From Alphaproteobacteria bacterium (GTDB lineage Bacteria > Pseudomonadota > Alphaproteobacteria > UBA828 > JAPUJA01): a DNA stretch of 64,000 nucleotides. The stretch covers positions 3,447 through 67,446 of the forward strand of contig CAVOEB010000005.1 in NCBI GenBank assembly GCA_963694715.1, given 5' to 3'. A program made the position numbers and the translations under genes. The notes under the pieces are model-generated. The model ran no database searches. It was not told the origin of the DNA and worked only from the letters and a program-made list of their open reading frames with translations. Each line of letters starts with the position of its first letter. Positions within the stretch are counted from its first letter, which is position 1. This document shows, in pieces, positions 9,755-19,652 of this stretch.

Positions 9755-10887
9755 ATCGCCCCAGCCGCGCGCCATTCGCCGCGCACGGCCTCATCCTCTT
9801 CACGCTCTTCGCCGGCGGCCCGCAGAGTTGCAAACTGCTCGGGCGGCAGCAGCCGCGCCAATGCCCAGACCGCCATGGCCCGGACCAGCGGCGAAGCGTC
9901 GTCCAGCCGAGCCCTGGCTACGTCGGCCAGGCTTGTGTCATCGGAATTACCAATGGCGATCAGCACGTTGCGCACGAACCGGTCGCGTCCCGTGCGTTTA
10001 ATCGGCGAACCCGCAAACAGCGCCCGAAATGCTTCGTCGTCGAGCGCCGCCAGATCGGCGAGGCGCGGCGCGAAGAGTTCGGCCCGGGCCTGGAACGCCG
10101 CTTCGTTGGCGCGGCGTGCAAACTTGTTCCAGGGACAGACTGCCAGGCAATCGTCGCAGCCATAAATCCGGTTGCCGATAGGCACGCGGAACTCGGACGC
10201 GATATGGCCTTTATGTTCGATGGTCAGGTACGAAATACAGCGCCGCGCATCGAGTCGATAGGGCGCGGGAAACGCACGGGTCGGGCAAACATCGAGACAG
10301 CGCGAACAACTGCCGCAGTGATCGGCCTGAGGGACATCTGCCGGCAGGTCGAGCGCGGTAAACAGCTCGCCCAGAAACAGCCACGAGCCGTAACTCTGCG
10401 AGACCAGGTTCGTATGCTTACCCTGCCAGCCCAATCCGGCTTGCTCGGCCAGCGGCTTCTCCATAACCGGCGCGGTGTCGACGAACAGCTTGACCTCGGT
10501 GGCGAATTCGTCGGCAACCGCCCGCGCCAACAGACGCAGCCGGCGCTTAAGCACCACGTGATAATCCTTGCCCCGGGCATAGGTCGCCACCACGCCACGC
10601 GAGCGATGGGCCAGGTCGGCTAGCGGATCGCGTCCGGAGCCGTAATTCGCGGCCACGGTCACGATGCTCCGAACCTCGGGCCAGAGCGCCGTGGGCGCCG
10701 CACGACGCGCCGCCGTATCGGGCAGCCAGGCCATATCTCCCGCATGGCCCGCTGCGATGAAATCGCGCAAGCCCTCACTGTCCTGCACCCTTCCTGACGG
10801 CCCGCACACGCCCGCGGCCTCGAAACCCAGCTCTCGGGCTAGCCCAAGAATTCGCCGCTTTGCCTCGTCGGCCGCCACGTCTTGCAT
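9742..10887 (-). CDS. queG: tRNA epoxyqueuosine(34) reductase
   Basis: 381 aa with two 4Fe-4S motifs (CGSCSRCLDVCPT, CDDCLAVCPWNKF), YLTIEHKG and C-terminal HEAT-like repeats. Confidence 0.85.
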   Translation of the reverse strand: MQDVAADEAKRRILGLARELGFEAAGVCGPSGRVQDSEGLRDFIAAGHAGDMAWLPDTAARRAAPTALWPEVRSIVTVAANYGSGRDPLADLAHRSRGVVATYARGKDYHVVLKRRLRLLARAVADEFATEVKLFVDTAPVMEKPLAEQAGLGWQGKHTNLVSQSYGSWLFLGELFTALDLPADVPQADHCGSCSRCLDVCPTRAFPAPYRLDARRCISYLTIEHKGHIASEFRVPIGNRIYGCDDCLAVCPWNKFARRANEAAFQARAELFAPRLADLAALDDEAFRALFAGSPIKRTGRDRFVRNVLIAIGNSDDTSLADVARARLDDASPLVRAMAVWALARLLPPEQFATLRAAGEEREEDEAVRGEWRAAGAIQGV

Positions 10888-10896
10888 GCCCCGGAC

Positions 10897-11565
10897 CTAG
10901 AAGTCGAGATCGGCGTAATGGCGGGGTGGGGTTGCGCCGGGAATACTATCGGCCAGAAGCGGCCGGAATGAGGGGCGGCACTTCACCCGGGCATACCAAT
11001 CCTTGGCCACGGGAAAATCTTCCCACGGCACGTCGCCCAGATAATCGATGACCGATAGATGGGCCGCCGCCGCGATGTCGGCAAGAGAAAAATCATCTCC
11101 CGCGAGCCAGGTGCGCCGGTCGGCGAGGAAGCCGACATAATCGAGGTGGATGCGCAGGTTTTGCTGCCCGGCACGGATCGCCTGGGTGTTGGGCTCGCCC
11201 ATGCCCATGAAGCGTTTCATAAATTTTTCGCCGACCAGATTTTCCGTGATCTCAAGGTTAAATTTCAGGTCGAACCAGTCCACCAGACGGCGCGCCTCTG
11301 CGCGAAATAGCGGGCCCGTGCCGATCAGGGGCCGCTCGGGAAACACGTCCTCAAGATATTCGCAAATCGGCGTGCCGCCCGCCACGACCTCGCCGTCAGG
11401 CTCGACCAAGACCGGCACCTCGCCCGCAGGATTGAGCACGAGAAAGTCGGTACGCCGCTCCCACACCCGCTCGACGGTGAGGTCGAACTCGACCCCCTTC
11501 TCGGCCAACGCGACGCGGACCTTACGGCAAACGGGTGACAGCCAGAGGTGGTACAAGGTACGCAT
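10897..11565 (-). CDS. Glutathione S-transferase
   Basis: 222 aa with a GST N-terminal thioredoxin-like fold (MRTLYHLWLSPVCRKVRVALAEKGVEF) and a helical C-domain. Confidence 0.8.
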   Translation of the reverse strand: MRTLYHLWLSPVCRKVRVALAEKGVEFDLTVERVWERRTDFLVLNPAGEVPVLVEPDGEVVAGGTPICEYLEDVFPERPLIGTGPLFRAEARRLVDWFDLKFNLEITENLVGEKFMKRFMGMGEPNTQAIRAGQQNLRIHLDYVGFLADRRTWLAGDDFSLADIAAAAHLSVIDYLGDVPWEDFPVAKDWYARVKCRPSFRPLLADSIPGATPPRHYADLDF

Positions 11566-11662
11566 CGCGTGCGGATTTTACCCTAAGACGGCGGTCGACA
11601 ACAGAAGCGCCCGACCGCAGCTTACGGGAGGCGTCCCCACCGGGCGAGCCGTGCTCTCCCGC

Positions 11663-13597
11663 TTAACCTCCGAGCCCCCGGGTCATGAGCGCCGAAAGAC
11701 GCCGGGCAAAGCCGACCGGATCGCTCGGCGCTTCGCCTTCTAGGATGCGCGCCTGCTCGAACAGGAGCCACGCGGCCTCGCCAAGATCGTCACCCGCCCC
11801 GTCGATACCCACGCGCCCGGCCAGGCTGCGAATCAGCGGATGATCGGAGTTCAGCTCTAGGATCCGCATCGTCTTATCGGTCACCTGCTGGTGCTGGCGC
11901 ATCAGCCGCTCGAGATGCATGTCCATGTCGCCTTCGTCCGCAACGAGACAAACCGGGCTATCCGTCAGGCGGTCGGATTCGCGTACGTCCTTGACCTCGT
12001 CGCCCAAGGCAAGCTTGAGGAAGGCGACCAGCGGCGCGATATCCGTCTTGGGCGTTGCCGCCTCATCCGCCGCGTCGGCTGGCGCGTCCAGGTCTGCGAT
12101 CGCCCCGAGATCGGCGCCGCCACGGGTCGCCGACTTGAACGGCACCTCGTTGTACGCGCCAACCGCGCCAATCCAAAAATCGTCGATCGGATCGCTCAGC
12201 AACAGCACCTCGATACCCTTCCGGGCGTAGCCTTCGAGCTGCGGGCTCTTGCTCATCAAGTCGACGTCATCGCCGATGATGTAATAGATCGCCGACTGGC
12301 CTTCCTTCATCCGGCCCGTGTAACCCTCCAACGAGATCCAGTCGGTCGCACCCGTGCTCGAGCGGAAACGCGCCAACTTGAAGATCGCCTCGCGTTGATC
12401 GGGGTCCTCGTAGAGCCCCTCCTTGAGCACCGTGCCGAAATTGGCCCAGAACACCGCGTAATCGTCGGGCGCCTTGCCCGCCTTTTTCCCCAGCTCGCTG
12501 AACAGGCGCTTGACGATGCCGCTTCGGATCCGGCGCACGACTGGATTGTCCTGGAGCATCTCGCGGCTGACGTTAAGCGGCAGATCGTCGGAATCGACCA
12601 CGCCTCTCAGAAAGCGCAAGTAGGACGGAACGAGCCCTTCGCACTCATCGGTGATGAAAACGCGATTGACGTAGAGGCGAACCCGGTGACGGCGCTGCGG
12701 GTCGAACAGGTCATGGGGCGGGGTCTCCGGGACGAAGAGCAGCCCGGCGTACTGAATCTTGCCCTCGGCGCGCATATGAACGGTCAACCATGGCTGATCG
12801 AAGCCATGCGCCACATGGTGATAGAACTCGGCATACTGCTCCTCGGTAATCTCGCTCTTGGGCCGCTGCCAGAGAGCCGAGGCCGTATTCACCGTGCGCA
12901 TCTCATCGCCGTCCGCGAGACGGATGGGCAGCGCGATATGATCCGAGTAAGTCTTGATGACGCCTTCGAGCCGGGCCGCATCGAGCCACTCGGTCTCGCC
13001 CTTGCGCAGATACAGCACAATACGCACGCCGCGCGCGACATCCTCGGCGGCTTCCACGGAGAACGCCCCGGCGCCTTCCGATAGCCAGTGCCAGCCCTCG
13101 TTTTCGCCCGCCTTGCGCGCGAAAACCTCGACCCGCTCGGCGACCATGAAGGCCGAGTAAAAGCCGACCCCGAACTGGCCGATCAGCGCGACGTCTTTCT
13201 TGGCATCGCCCGAGAGCTGGCTCATGAACTGGCTCGTACCCGAGCGCGCGATGGTGCCCAGATTCTCAACCAGCTCGTCATGATTCATTCCGACGCCGTT
13301 ATCGGCCACTGTGATGGTGCGCGCCTTCTTGTCGAACGAGATGCTCACCCCTAGATCCGAATCGTCGCCCAGGAGCGTCGGCTCCGTCAGGCCGCGATAA
13401 CGCAGCTGATCGCAGGCATCGGACGCGTTCGAGATCAGCTCGCGCAGAAAGATCTCCTTCTCGCTGTAGAGCGAGTGGATCACGATATCAAGCAGCTTCG
13501 CGACTTCCGCCTGGAACGCGTGGTTCTCGGTCGTGTCCTTGGGTTTTGCGTCGGCCTTCTTGGCCTTGGTCGACGAGTCGGTTTTCGCCTTCGCCAT
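11663..13597 (-). CDS. htpG: Molecular chaperone HtpG (Hsp90)
   Basis: Start trimmed to the ATG at 13597 (MAKAKTDSS...). Contains FQAEVAKLLDIVIHSLYSEKEIFLRELISNASDA and GQFGVGFYSAFMVA motifs. Confidence 0.95.
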   Translation of the reverse strand: MAKAKTDSSTKAKKADAKPKDTTENHAFQAEVAKLLDIVIHSLYSEKEIFLRELISNASDACDQLRYRGLTEPTLLGDDSDLGVSISFDKKARTITVADNGVGMNHDELVENLGTIARSGTSQFMSQLSGDAKKDVALIGQFGVGFYSAFMVAERVEVFARKAGENEGWHWLSEGAGAFSVEAAEDVARGVRIVLYLRKGETEWLDAARLEGVIKTYSDHIALPIRLADGDEMRTVNTASALWQRPKSEITEEQYAEFYHHVAHGFDQPWLTVHMRAEGKIQYAGLLFVPETPPHDLFDPQRRHRVRLYVNRVFITDECEGLVPSYLRFLRGVVDSDDLPLNVSREMLQDNPVVRRIRSGIVKRLFSELGKKAGKAPDDYAVFWANFGTVLKEGLYEDPDQREAIFKLARFRSSTGATDWISLEGYTGRMKEGQSAIYYIIGDDVDLMSKSPQLEGYARKGIEVLLLSDPIDDFWIGAVGAYNEVPFKSATRGGADLGAIADLDAPADAADEAATPKTDIAPLVAFLKLALGDEVKDVRESDRLTDSPVCLVADEGDMDMHLERLMRQHQQVTDKTMRILELNSDHPLIRSLAGRVGIDGAGDDLGEAAWLLFEQARILEGEAPSDPVGFARRLSALMTRGLGG

Positions 13598-13773
13598 AAC
13601 AGAAATTCCCCCAATGCGTTGTCGCTCGTTGCGTCGCAATCCATATTTGCAGTCGCGGCGCCGGGTTCAAGAGGAAAGCCGCCCTCACCCATCCTTCTTT
13701 CTAACCCGGCCTTTCGGGTAGCGCCACTCGACGGGCACTTGCCTTGTACGCCGTCCCGGGCGATTTTGAGGCC

Positions 13774-16308
13774 ATGACAGCGCTAGCGGGCGAGAGGGGC
13801 CGCGTTATCGCCGTTCTCGGCCCCACCAACACCGGCAAAACCCATCTCGCCGTGGAACGCATGCTCGGTTACCGCACGGGCATGATCGGCTTTCCCCTAC
13901 GCCTGCTCGCCCGGGAGATCTACGACCGCGTGGTCGCCCAGAAGGGCCGCGGTTGCGTGGCCCTCGTGACCGGCGAAGAAAAGCGCATCCCCGCTCACCC
14001 GCGCTATTTCATCTGCACGGTCGAATCGATGCCGCTCGACCACGCCGTGGATTTCGTCGCCATCGACGAGATCCAGCTGGCCGCCGACCGCGACCGCGGC
14101 CATGTCTTTACGGATCGGCTGCTCCATGCCCGGGGCCACATCGAAACCATGCTACTGGGCGCCGCGACCATCCGCCCCCTGCTCCGGCGTCTCGTCCCCG
14201 ACGCGGAGTTTGTGATCCGCCCGCGCTTTTCCAAGCTGAGCTATGCCGGGACACGAAAATTGAGCCGCCTGCCGCCGCGCACGGTGATCGTCGCGTTTTC
14301 CGCAGCGTCGGTCTACGCCGTGGCCGAACAGATGCGCCGCCAACGAGGCGGCTGCGCCGTGGTACTGGGCGCGCTCAGCCCGAGCACTCGCAACGCCCAG
14401 GTGGCCATGTACCAGGCCGGCGAGGTCGATTACCTGGTGGCGACCGACGCCATCGGCATGGGTCTCAACATGGACGTGAACCATGTCGCGTTCGGCTCGC
14501 TCAGCAAGTTCGACGGCCAGCATATGCGCCGGCTCCAGCCCGCCGAGGTCGCCCAGGTCGCAGGCCGCGCGGGACGTCATATCAGCGATGGCACGTTTGG
14601 TGGCACCGACGCGCTGGAGGCGTTCGATTCCGATCTGGTCGAAGCCATCGAAGCGCACCAGTTCGCGCCGCTGCAGGCGCTGCAGTGGCGCAACACCGCG
14701 CTCGATTTCAGGAACGTCCGCGCCCTCTCGGCAGGCCTCGCTACGCCACCGCCGGTGCGCGGCCTGATGCGAACCCGAAGCGCGGACGACAGCGTCGCCC
14801 TCGACCTGCTGGCCGCCGACGAGGAAGTCATGGCCGTGGCCCGCCATCCCGACGCCGTACGCCGGTTGTGGGATGTCTGCCAGATCCCCGACTTCCGCAA
14901 GCTCTCTACCGAAAATCACGCAGGCTTGCTCAAACGGGTGTTTCTCTATCTCGCCACGGACGACGGCCGCCTACCCGACGACTGGGTGGCGCGCCAGGTA
15001 GCCCGGCTCGAGCGCACCGACGGGGATATCGAGACCCTGATGGGCCGGATCGCAGGAATTCGCCTCTGGACCTACATCACTCACAGAGCAGACTGGCTAG
15101 TTGACGCGCAAGCTTGGCAGGAGCGCAGCCGGTCGATCGAGGACCGCCTGTCCGACGCGCTCCATGACCGTTTGACCCAACGGTTTGTCGATCGTCGCGC
15201 GGCCCGGCTGTCGCGTGGCCTGCGCGCCGATACCCGGCTCCTCGGCACTGTAACGCCGAACGGCGAGGTCGTCGTCGAGGGGCATGAAGTGGGGCGTCTC
15301 GAAGGATTTTGCTTCCGGCCTGATCGTCACGCGCGCGGCGAGGATGCCCGCCTCCTGGGTACGGCCGCGCGACGTATCCTCGCCGATGCGATACCGCCGC
15401 GCATCGCCCGGATGTGCGCCGAGCCCGACGACGCCTTCGCGCTCGACGGATCCGGGATCATCACCTGGAGGGACGCGCCCCTCGCACTGTTCCACGCCGG
15501 CAACGCGCCGCTGGCGCCTCGGATCAAGTTGCTTTCGAGCGATCTTTTGAACGGCCCTCAGCGGGAACGGCTGCACCGGCGACTGATCCTGTGGCGCGGC
15601 GCCGAGATTGCCCGCCGGTTGCCGGCTCTTGACCGCCTGGCGCGGATGCCGCTGAACGGCGCGGCACGGGGATTGGCCTATCAACTGAACGAGGGATTGG
15701 GACTGATCGCAACCGACGCCGCGCGGGCCCAAATTACCGCCCTCACAGCGGCCGACCGGAAGGTGCTGGCGCGGGCAGGGGTGCGGCTTGGACGGTTCCA
15801 TGTCTTCATCGCCGGCGGTCACAGCACCGCCCAACTGCACTTGCGCGCCCGGCTATGGGCCGCCGCTGAGGGTTGGGAAGGCAAGTTACCGCTGCCCGCC
15901 CGTGGCCGGGTCTCGATGGTCGTAAACGCGCCATTGCCCGTCGCCTACTACGCGGCGATCGGCTATCCGGTATTCGGGCCGCGGGCCATTCGTGCGGATA
16001 TCGTCGAGCGCCTTGCCGCCCGGGCCCGCCAGCTGGCCGTCAAGGGTCCGTTCGAGATCGGCGCGGGACTTTCCTCGCTGGCAGGCTGTCCGCCCCAGGC
16101 GCTGGCCCTCGTGCTCGCCGAGATGGGCTTCAAGCCCCTTGAGAGCGAGGGGGGCGGTAGTTTACGTTTCGCCCTGCCAACGCGCAACAAGCGCCCGGAC
16201 ACGCGCACGCCCAAGAGCCGGCGCCGGAGACGCGCTGAGCGGGAGGCGGCGTCGCCATTCTCGAAGCTGCGCGATCATTTCGGCGGCGGCCAGCGCAAAG
16301 ACCGGTGA
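13774..16308 (+). CDS. SUV3-like ATP-dependent (RNA) helicase
   Basis: Walker A VLGPTNTGKTH, DEIQ box, large C-terminal extension and a basic tail. Start trimmed to the ATG at 13774 (the ORF track begins at the TTG at 13744). Confidence 0.85.
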   Translation: MTALAGERGRVIAVLGPTNTGKTHLAVERMLGYRTGMIGFPLRLLAREIYDRVVAQKGRGCVALVTGEEKRIPAHPRYFICTVESMPLDHAVDFVAIDEIQLAADRDRGHVFTDRLLHARGHIETMLLGAATIRPLLRRLVPDAEFVIRPRFSKLSYAGTRKLSRLPPRTVIVAFSAASVYAVAEQMRRQRGGCAVVLGALSPSTRNAQVAMYQAGEVDYLVATDAIGMGLNMDVNHVAFGSLSKFDGQHMRRLQPAEVAQVAGRAGRHISDGTFGGTDALEAFDSDLVEAIEAHQFAPLQALQWRNTALDFRNVRALSAGLATPPPVRGLMRTRSADDSVALDLLAADEEVMAVARHPDAVRRLWDVCQIPDFRKLSTENHAGLLKRVFLYLATDDGRLPDDWVARQVARLERTDGDIETLMGRIAGIRLWTYITHRADWLVDAQAWQERSRSIEDRLSDALHDRLTQRFVDRRAARLSRGLRADTRLLGTVTPNGEVVVEGHEVGRLEGFCFRPDRHARGEDARLLGTAARRILADAIPPRIARMCAEPDDAFALDGSGIITWRDAPLALFHAGNAPLAPRIKLLSSDLLNGPQRERLHRRLILWRGAEIARRLPALDRLARMPLNGAARGLAYQLNEGLGLIATDAARAQITALTAADRKVLARAGVRLGRFHVFIAGGHSTAQLHLRARLWAAAEGWEGKLPLPARGRVSMVVNAPLPVAYYAAIGYPVFGPRAIRADIVERLAARARQLAVKGPFEIGAGLSSLAGCPPQALALVLAEMGFKPLESEGGGSLRFALPTRNKRPDTRTPKSRRRRRAEREAASPFSKLRDHFGGGQRKDR

Positions 16309-16632
16309 CGGACCCGGCAGTCGACTGCCAACGGCTTGATCGTTGGCTGTTCCATGCTCGCATTTTCAAGTCGCGCGCGCTGGTCCAGCGCTTCTGCGAG
16401 GCCAGCAAGGTAAGAATCAACCGGCAGCGCACTCATTAAGGCACACCATCCCTTGCGTCCGGGCGATGTGCTGAGCTTCGCGCTGGGTGCGCAGGTGCGC
16501 GTACTCCGGGTGCTCGCGCTGGGCGCGCGGCGCGGCCCGACCGAGGAAGCGCGCCGGCTCTACGACGACATAGCGGCCGAGAAGAGCGATCCCGTAGCCC
16601 CCTCGGCGCACGCACCGCCGTCACCGTCGTAA
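16305..16632 (+). pseudogene. S4-domain RNA-binding (Hsp15/HslR-like) gene carrying a +1 frameshift
   Basis: The GTG at 16305 overlaps the helicase TGA. Frame A reads VTDPAVDCQRLDRWLFHARIFKSRALVQRFCEASKVRINRQRTH and stops at 16437-16439. The rest of the domain (LIKAHHPLRPGDVLSFALGAQVRVLRVLALGARRGPTEEARRLYDD...) continues in the +1 frame to the TAA at 16630-16632. Confidence 0.8.
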
Positions 16633-16699
16633 CGGGGCGGCTTGCGCCGGAGCGCGGCGCGGCCTATATCAACTCAATCTCAGACCTTAGTTCCTTGTC

Positions 16700-17164
16700 A
16701 TGATTGAACGTTTCCGCACACTCTTCGCATCAACCCGCTCCGAACCCGACGCTGGCCACCACGCCGCCGACGAGCTTCAGCTCGCAGCTGCCGCCTTGCT
16801 GGTCGAGGCCGCCCGGCTTGATGAGGTCTACGACGATGTCGAACGCACGGCGATCGACGGCGCCCTGCGGCGGCGCTTTGGCCTCGATGCCACGGAGGCC
16901 GCGGCGTTGATCGCCCAGGCCGAATCGACTCAGGACGACGCGGTCGAGATGCATCGCTTCACGCGCACGATCAAGGACCGGTTCTCCGCGGCAGAGCGTA
17001 TCGAAATGATTGAAATGCTGTGGGAAGTGGTATACGCCGATGGCGAATTGCATCCCTACGAAGCGAATTTGATGCGCCGCCTCGGGGGATTGCTCTATGT
17101 CTCGGAGCGCGACAGGGGTGCCGCACGCAAGCGCGTCGTCGAGCGGCTAGACGGTTCTGCCTGA
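16700..17164 (+). CDS. TerB-family (tellurite-resistance TerB / DjlA-N-like) protein
   Basis: 154 aa, helical and acidic, with the motif IEMLWEVVYADGELHPYEANLMRRLGGLL typical of TerB domains. Confidence 0.7.
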   Translation: MIERFRTLFASTRSEPDAGHHAADELQLAAAALLVEAARLDEVYDDVERTAIDGALRRRFGLDATEAAALIAQAESTQDDAVEMHRFTRTIKDRFSAAERIEMIEMLWEVVYADGELHPYEANLMRRLGGLLYVSERDRGAARKRVVERLDGSA

Positions 17165-17216
17165 CACGCCGGGCCCGGCAACAAAATCCAAAGATGTCAA
17201 ACGACTGGAGAGCTGA

Positions 17217-17552
17217 ATGACCTACGTTGTGAAAGACGCCTGCATCCGATGCAAATACATGGACTGCATCGAAGTCTGCCCTGTGGACTGCTTTTACGAG
17301 GGTGAAAACATGCTGGTTATTCACCCTGACGAGTGCATCGATTGTGGCGTTTGCGAACCGGAATGCCCGGTCGAGGCCATTGTTCCCGACACCGACAGCG
17401 ATACCGCGGGCTGGGTCGAGCACAACCGGAAATTTTCCGAAATCTGGGCCAACATCACGCGCAAGGGAGAGGCTCCTGCCGATGCCGACGAATGGGCCAG
17501 CAGGACCGGAAAGATGAAGGAATTTTCCGCAGAATCGGGCACAGGGTCGTAA
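17217..17552 (+). CDS. fdxA: 7Fe ferredoxin ([3Fe-4S][4Fe-4S])
   Basis: [55 protein letters not shown] is the canonical FdxA cysteine pattern. Confidence 0.92.
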   Translation: MTYVVKDACIRCKYMDCIEVCPVDCFYEGENMLVIHPDECIDCGVCEPECPVEAIVPDTDSDTAGWVEHNRKFSEIWANITRKGEAPADADEWASRTGKMKEFSAESGTGS

Positions 17553-17623
17553 CGTTGGACGCCGCTATAACCCTGTGAAACACTGGCCAAACACCCGTTA
17601 ACCACTAAGAATTCTCGATTTTT

Positions 17624-17652
17624 TTGGGTTCTTGTTGTAGAGTCCGCATAAT
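17624..17652 (+). promoter_or_regulatory. Candidate sigma-70 promoter upstream of carD
   Basis: TTGGGT, 17-nt spacer, CATAAT, in an AT-richer 300-bp gap. Implies a leader of roughly 200 nt. Confidence 0.3.
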
Positions 17653-17861
17653 CTTGGTGGACTGGCGGCGTTTGGGCTCTATGGGTGAAGATCTGTCGAG
17701 GGGGGTCTATTTTGATCGACGGCTCCCCGGTTTCCGGGCCGCACTTGCGAGAGCGGTTGGACAGTAACAAACAGAAAAGAACGGGATGGACGATTGGGCG
17801 CTTCGCGCGATGCCGAGCAGAAGGCTTGATCCGGCGCATCCTGTCAGGATGAAAAAATAAT

Positions 17862-18359
17862 ATGGCCAAGAAGCTTTCGTTTCGCGTGAACGATCACGTG
17901 GTTTATCCGTCCCACGGTGTGGGCAAGGTGACGGGTGTCGAATCTCAAACCATCGGCGAGACCAAACTCCGTTTCTTCGTGGTCGATTTCGAGCACGACA
18001 AGATGACCCTGCGGGTGCCGGTTGGCAAAGCCGAGGGTGCGGGCATGCGCAAGTTGAGCTCGCCCTCGCAGATGAAAAATGCGCTGTCGACCTTGAAGCG
18101 TCGCGCCCGGGTCAAGCGGGTGATGTGGAGCCGGCGCGCCCAGGAATACGAGGCCAAGCTGAATTCGGGTGATCCCATCTCGATTGCCGAGGTGGTGCGC
18201 GATTTGCATTCCGGTCGCACCCAGTCGGAGCAGTCCTACAGCGAGCGCCAGATGTACGAGGCGGCGCTGGAGCGGCTGGCCCGCGAGTTTGCCGCGGTCG
18301 AGAAGATCGAGCCTGAAGCCGCGGCGCAGAAGCTCGAGAAGGTTCTCTCCAACGCCTGA
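17862..18359 (+). CDS. carD: CarD/CdnL-family RNA-polymerase-binding transcription factor
   Basis: 165 aa. FRVNDHVVYPSHGVGKVTGVE... matches the CarD N-terminal Tudor-like domain. Conserved synteny with fdxA. Confidence 0.9.
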   Translation: MAKKLSFRVNDHVVYPSHGVGKVTGVESQTIGETKLRFFVVDFEHDKMTLRVPVGKAEGAGMRKLSSPSQMKNALSTLKRRARVKRVMWSRRAQEYEAKLNSGDPISIAEVVRDLHSGRTQSEQSYSERQMYEAALERLAREFAAVEKIEPEAAAQKLEKVLSNA

Positions 18360-18397
18360 CGATCCCCGGGGTCCGTCAGGGCCCATAAGCGACATAT

Positions 18398-18434
18398 CGC
18401 CGACGACGCCGTTTACGGTGTCGCCGGCGTTTTT
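18398..18434 (+). terminator. Rho-independent terminator after carD
   Basis: 14-bp imperfect stem CGCCGACGACGCCG / CGGTGTCGCCGGCG, loop TTTA, followed by TTTTT. Confidence 0.6.
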
Positions 18435-18579
18435 GCGTCCGGCTCGCGTCTCTTGGGTTGGCATCACCGTCAACCCCACGGGCGAGAACATCTCTCCTTT
18501 AGAGGTCGTCTCAACGAAAACGTATATTTTTCTTATATCTCAAACGGTTAAAAACAGTAGTAGATTGGTACAATTTAGG

Positions 18580-18608
18580 TTGATTCCTGCGCTGAGGGTT
18601 CTTAAAAT
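18580..18608 (+). promoter_or_regulatory. Candidate sigma-70 promoter upstream of rpoH
   Basis: TTGATT, 17-nt spacer, TAAAAT, about 55 nt upstream of the rpoH ATG in a markedly AT-rich stretch. Confidence 0.4.
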
Positions 18609-18662
18609 CGTTCCAATGTTAACGACCGCGACCGTCCGAGGGGCACGCCAAGAGGCCACGCC

Positions 18663-19547
18663 ATGAACTATATCGAGACCGCCGAAACACAACGCGCCAA
18701 CCGGCGCTTCATCAAGCAGTCGATCAGTACCCCGATGCTGACGCGCGAGCGTGAGATGGAGTTGGCGACCCGTTGGCGCGATGATGAGGACGAGGTGGCG
18801 CTACACGAGTTGATCCGCGCCTACGCACGGCTTGCGATCAGTACTGCAGGCAAGTACCGGAACTATGGCTTGCCCATGAGCGATCTCGTCCAGGAGGGCA
18901 ATGTCGGCCTCATGCTGGCCGCCCGGCGCTTCGATCCCGAGCGCGGCGTTCGCTTCTCGACTTACGCCAACTGGTGGATCCGCTCGGCAATGCAGGACTT
19001 CATCCTGCGCAACTGGTCGATCGTGCGGACCGGCACCACGGCGGCCCAGAAGTCTCTGTTCTTCAATTTTCGCCGCCTGCGCGCCCGCATCGAGGGGGCA
19101 ACAGGCGGCACGCTGGGTACCTCGGGCCGCAAGCAGATCGCCGAGGAGCTCGGAGTTCGTTATGACGAGGTGGCGGCCATGGAAGGCCGGCTTAGGCAGA
19201 GCGACCAGTCGCTCAACGCCGGGGTCGGCGAGGCCGGCGAGGACGAGTGGCAGGACTTCCTCGTGGACGAGCGCCCCAGCCCCGAAGACATCGTCGTCCA
19301 GATGCGTGACAACGAGACTCGCTCGCGCTGGCTGGCCGACGCGCTCAAGGAGCTGACCGCGCGCGAACAAACCATCATCAAGGAGCGCCGCCTGCGCGAC
19401 GACGTCGTCACCCTTGAAGCTCTGGGCGTGGAACTCGGCATCAGCAAGGAGCGGGTCCGCCAGATCGAGCACAAGGCGCTGCAGAAGCTTCGCGTCTCGA
19501 TCGAAAAGCAGGTCGAGAGTCCTGCGGACGCCCTCGCCGACCTCTGA
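18663..19547 (+). CDS. rpoH: RNA polymerase sigma-32 (heat-shock sigma factor)
   Basis: 294 aa with region 2 DLVQEGNVGLMLAARRFDPERGVRFSTYANWWIRSA, an RpoH box AQKSLFFNFRRLRA and region 4 LGISKERVRQIEHKAL. Confidence 0.92.
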   Translation: MNYIETAETQRANRRFIKQSISTPMLTREREMELATRWRDDEDEVALHELIRAYARLAISTAGKYRNYGLPMSDLVQEGNVGLMLAARRFDPERGVRFSTYANWWIRSAMQDFILRNWSIVRTGTTAAQKSLFFNFRRLRARIEGATGGTLGTSGRKQIAEELGVRYDEVAAMEGRLRQSDQSLNAGVGEAGEDEWQDFLVDERPSPEDIVVQMRDNETRSRWLADALKELTAREQTIIKERRLRDDVVTLEALGVELGISKERVRQIEHKALQKLRVSIEKQVESPADALADL

Positions 19548-19652
19548 ACTAGCCAGAAAATCCGTCCTTTAATCCGCTGACCCCAGCCATTCTGACGGTA
19601 TAATCTCGGCCGCCCCGCACCCTGCGGTGGTGGATAACGATGCGGGCACGCC

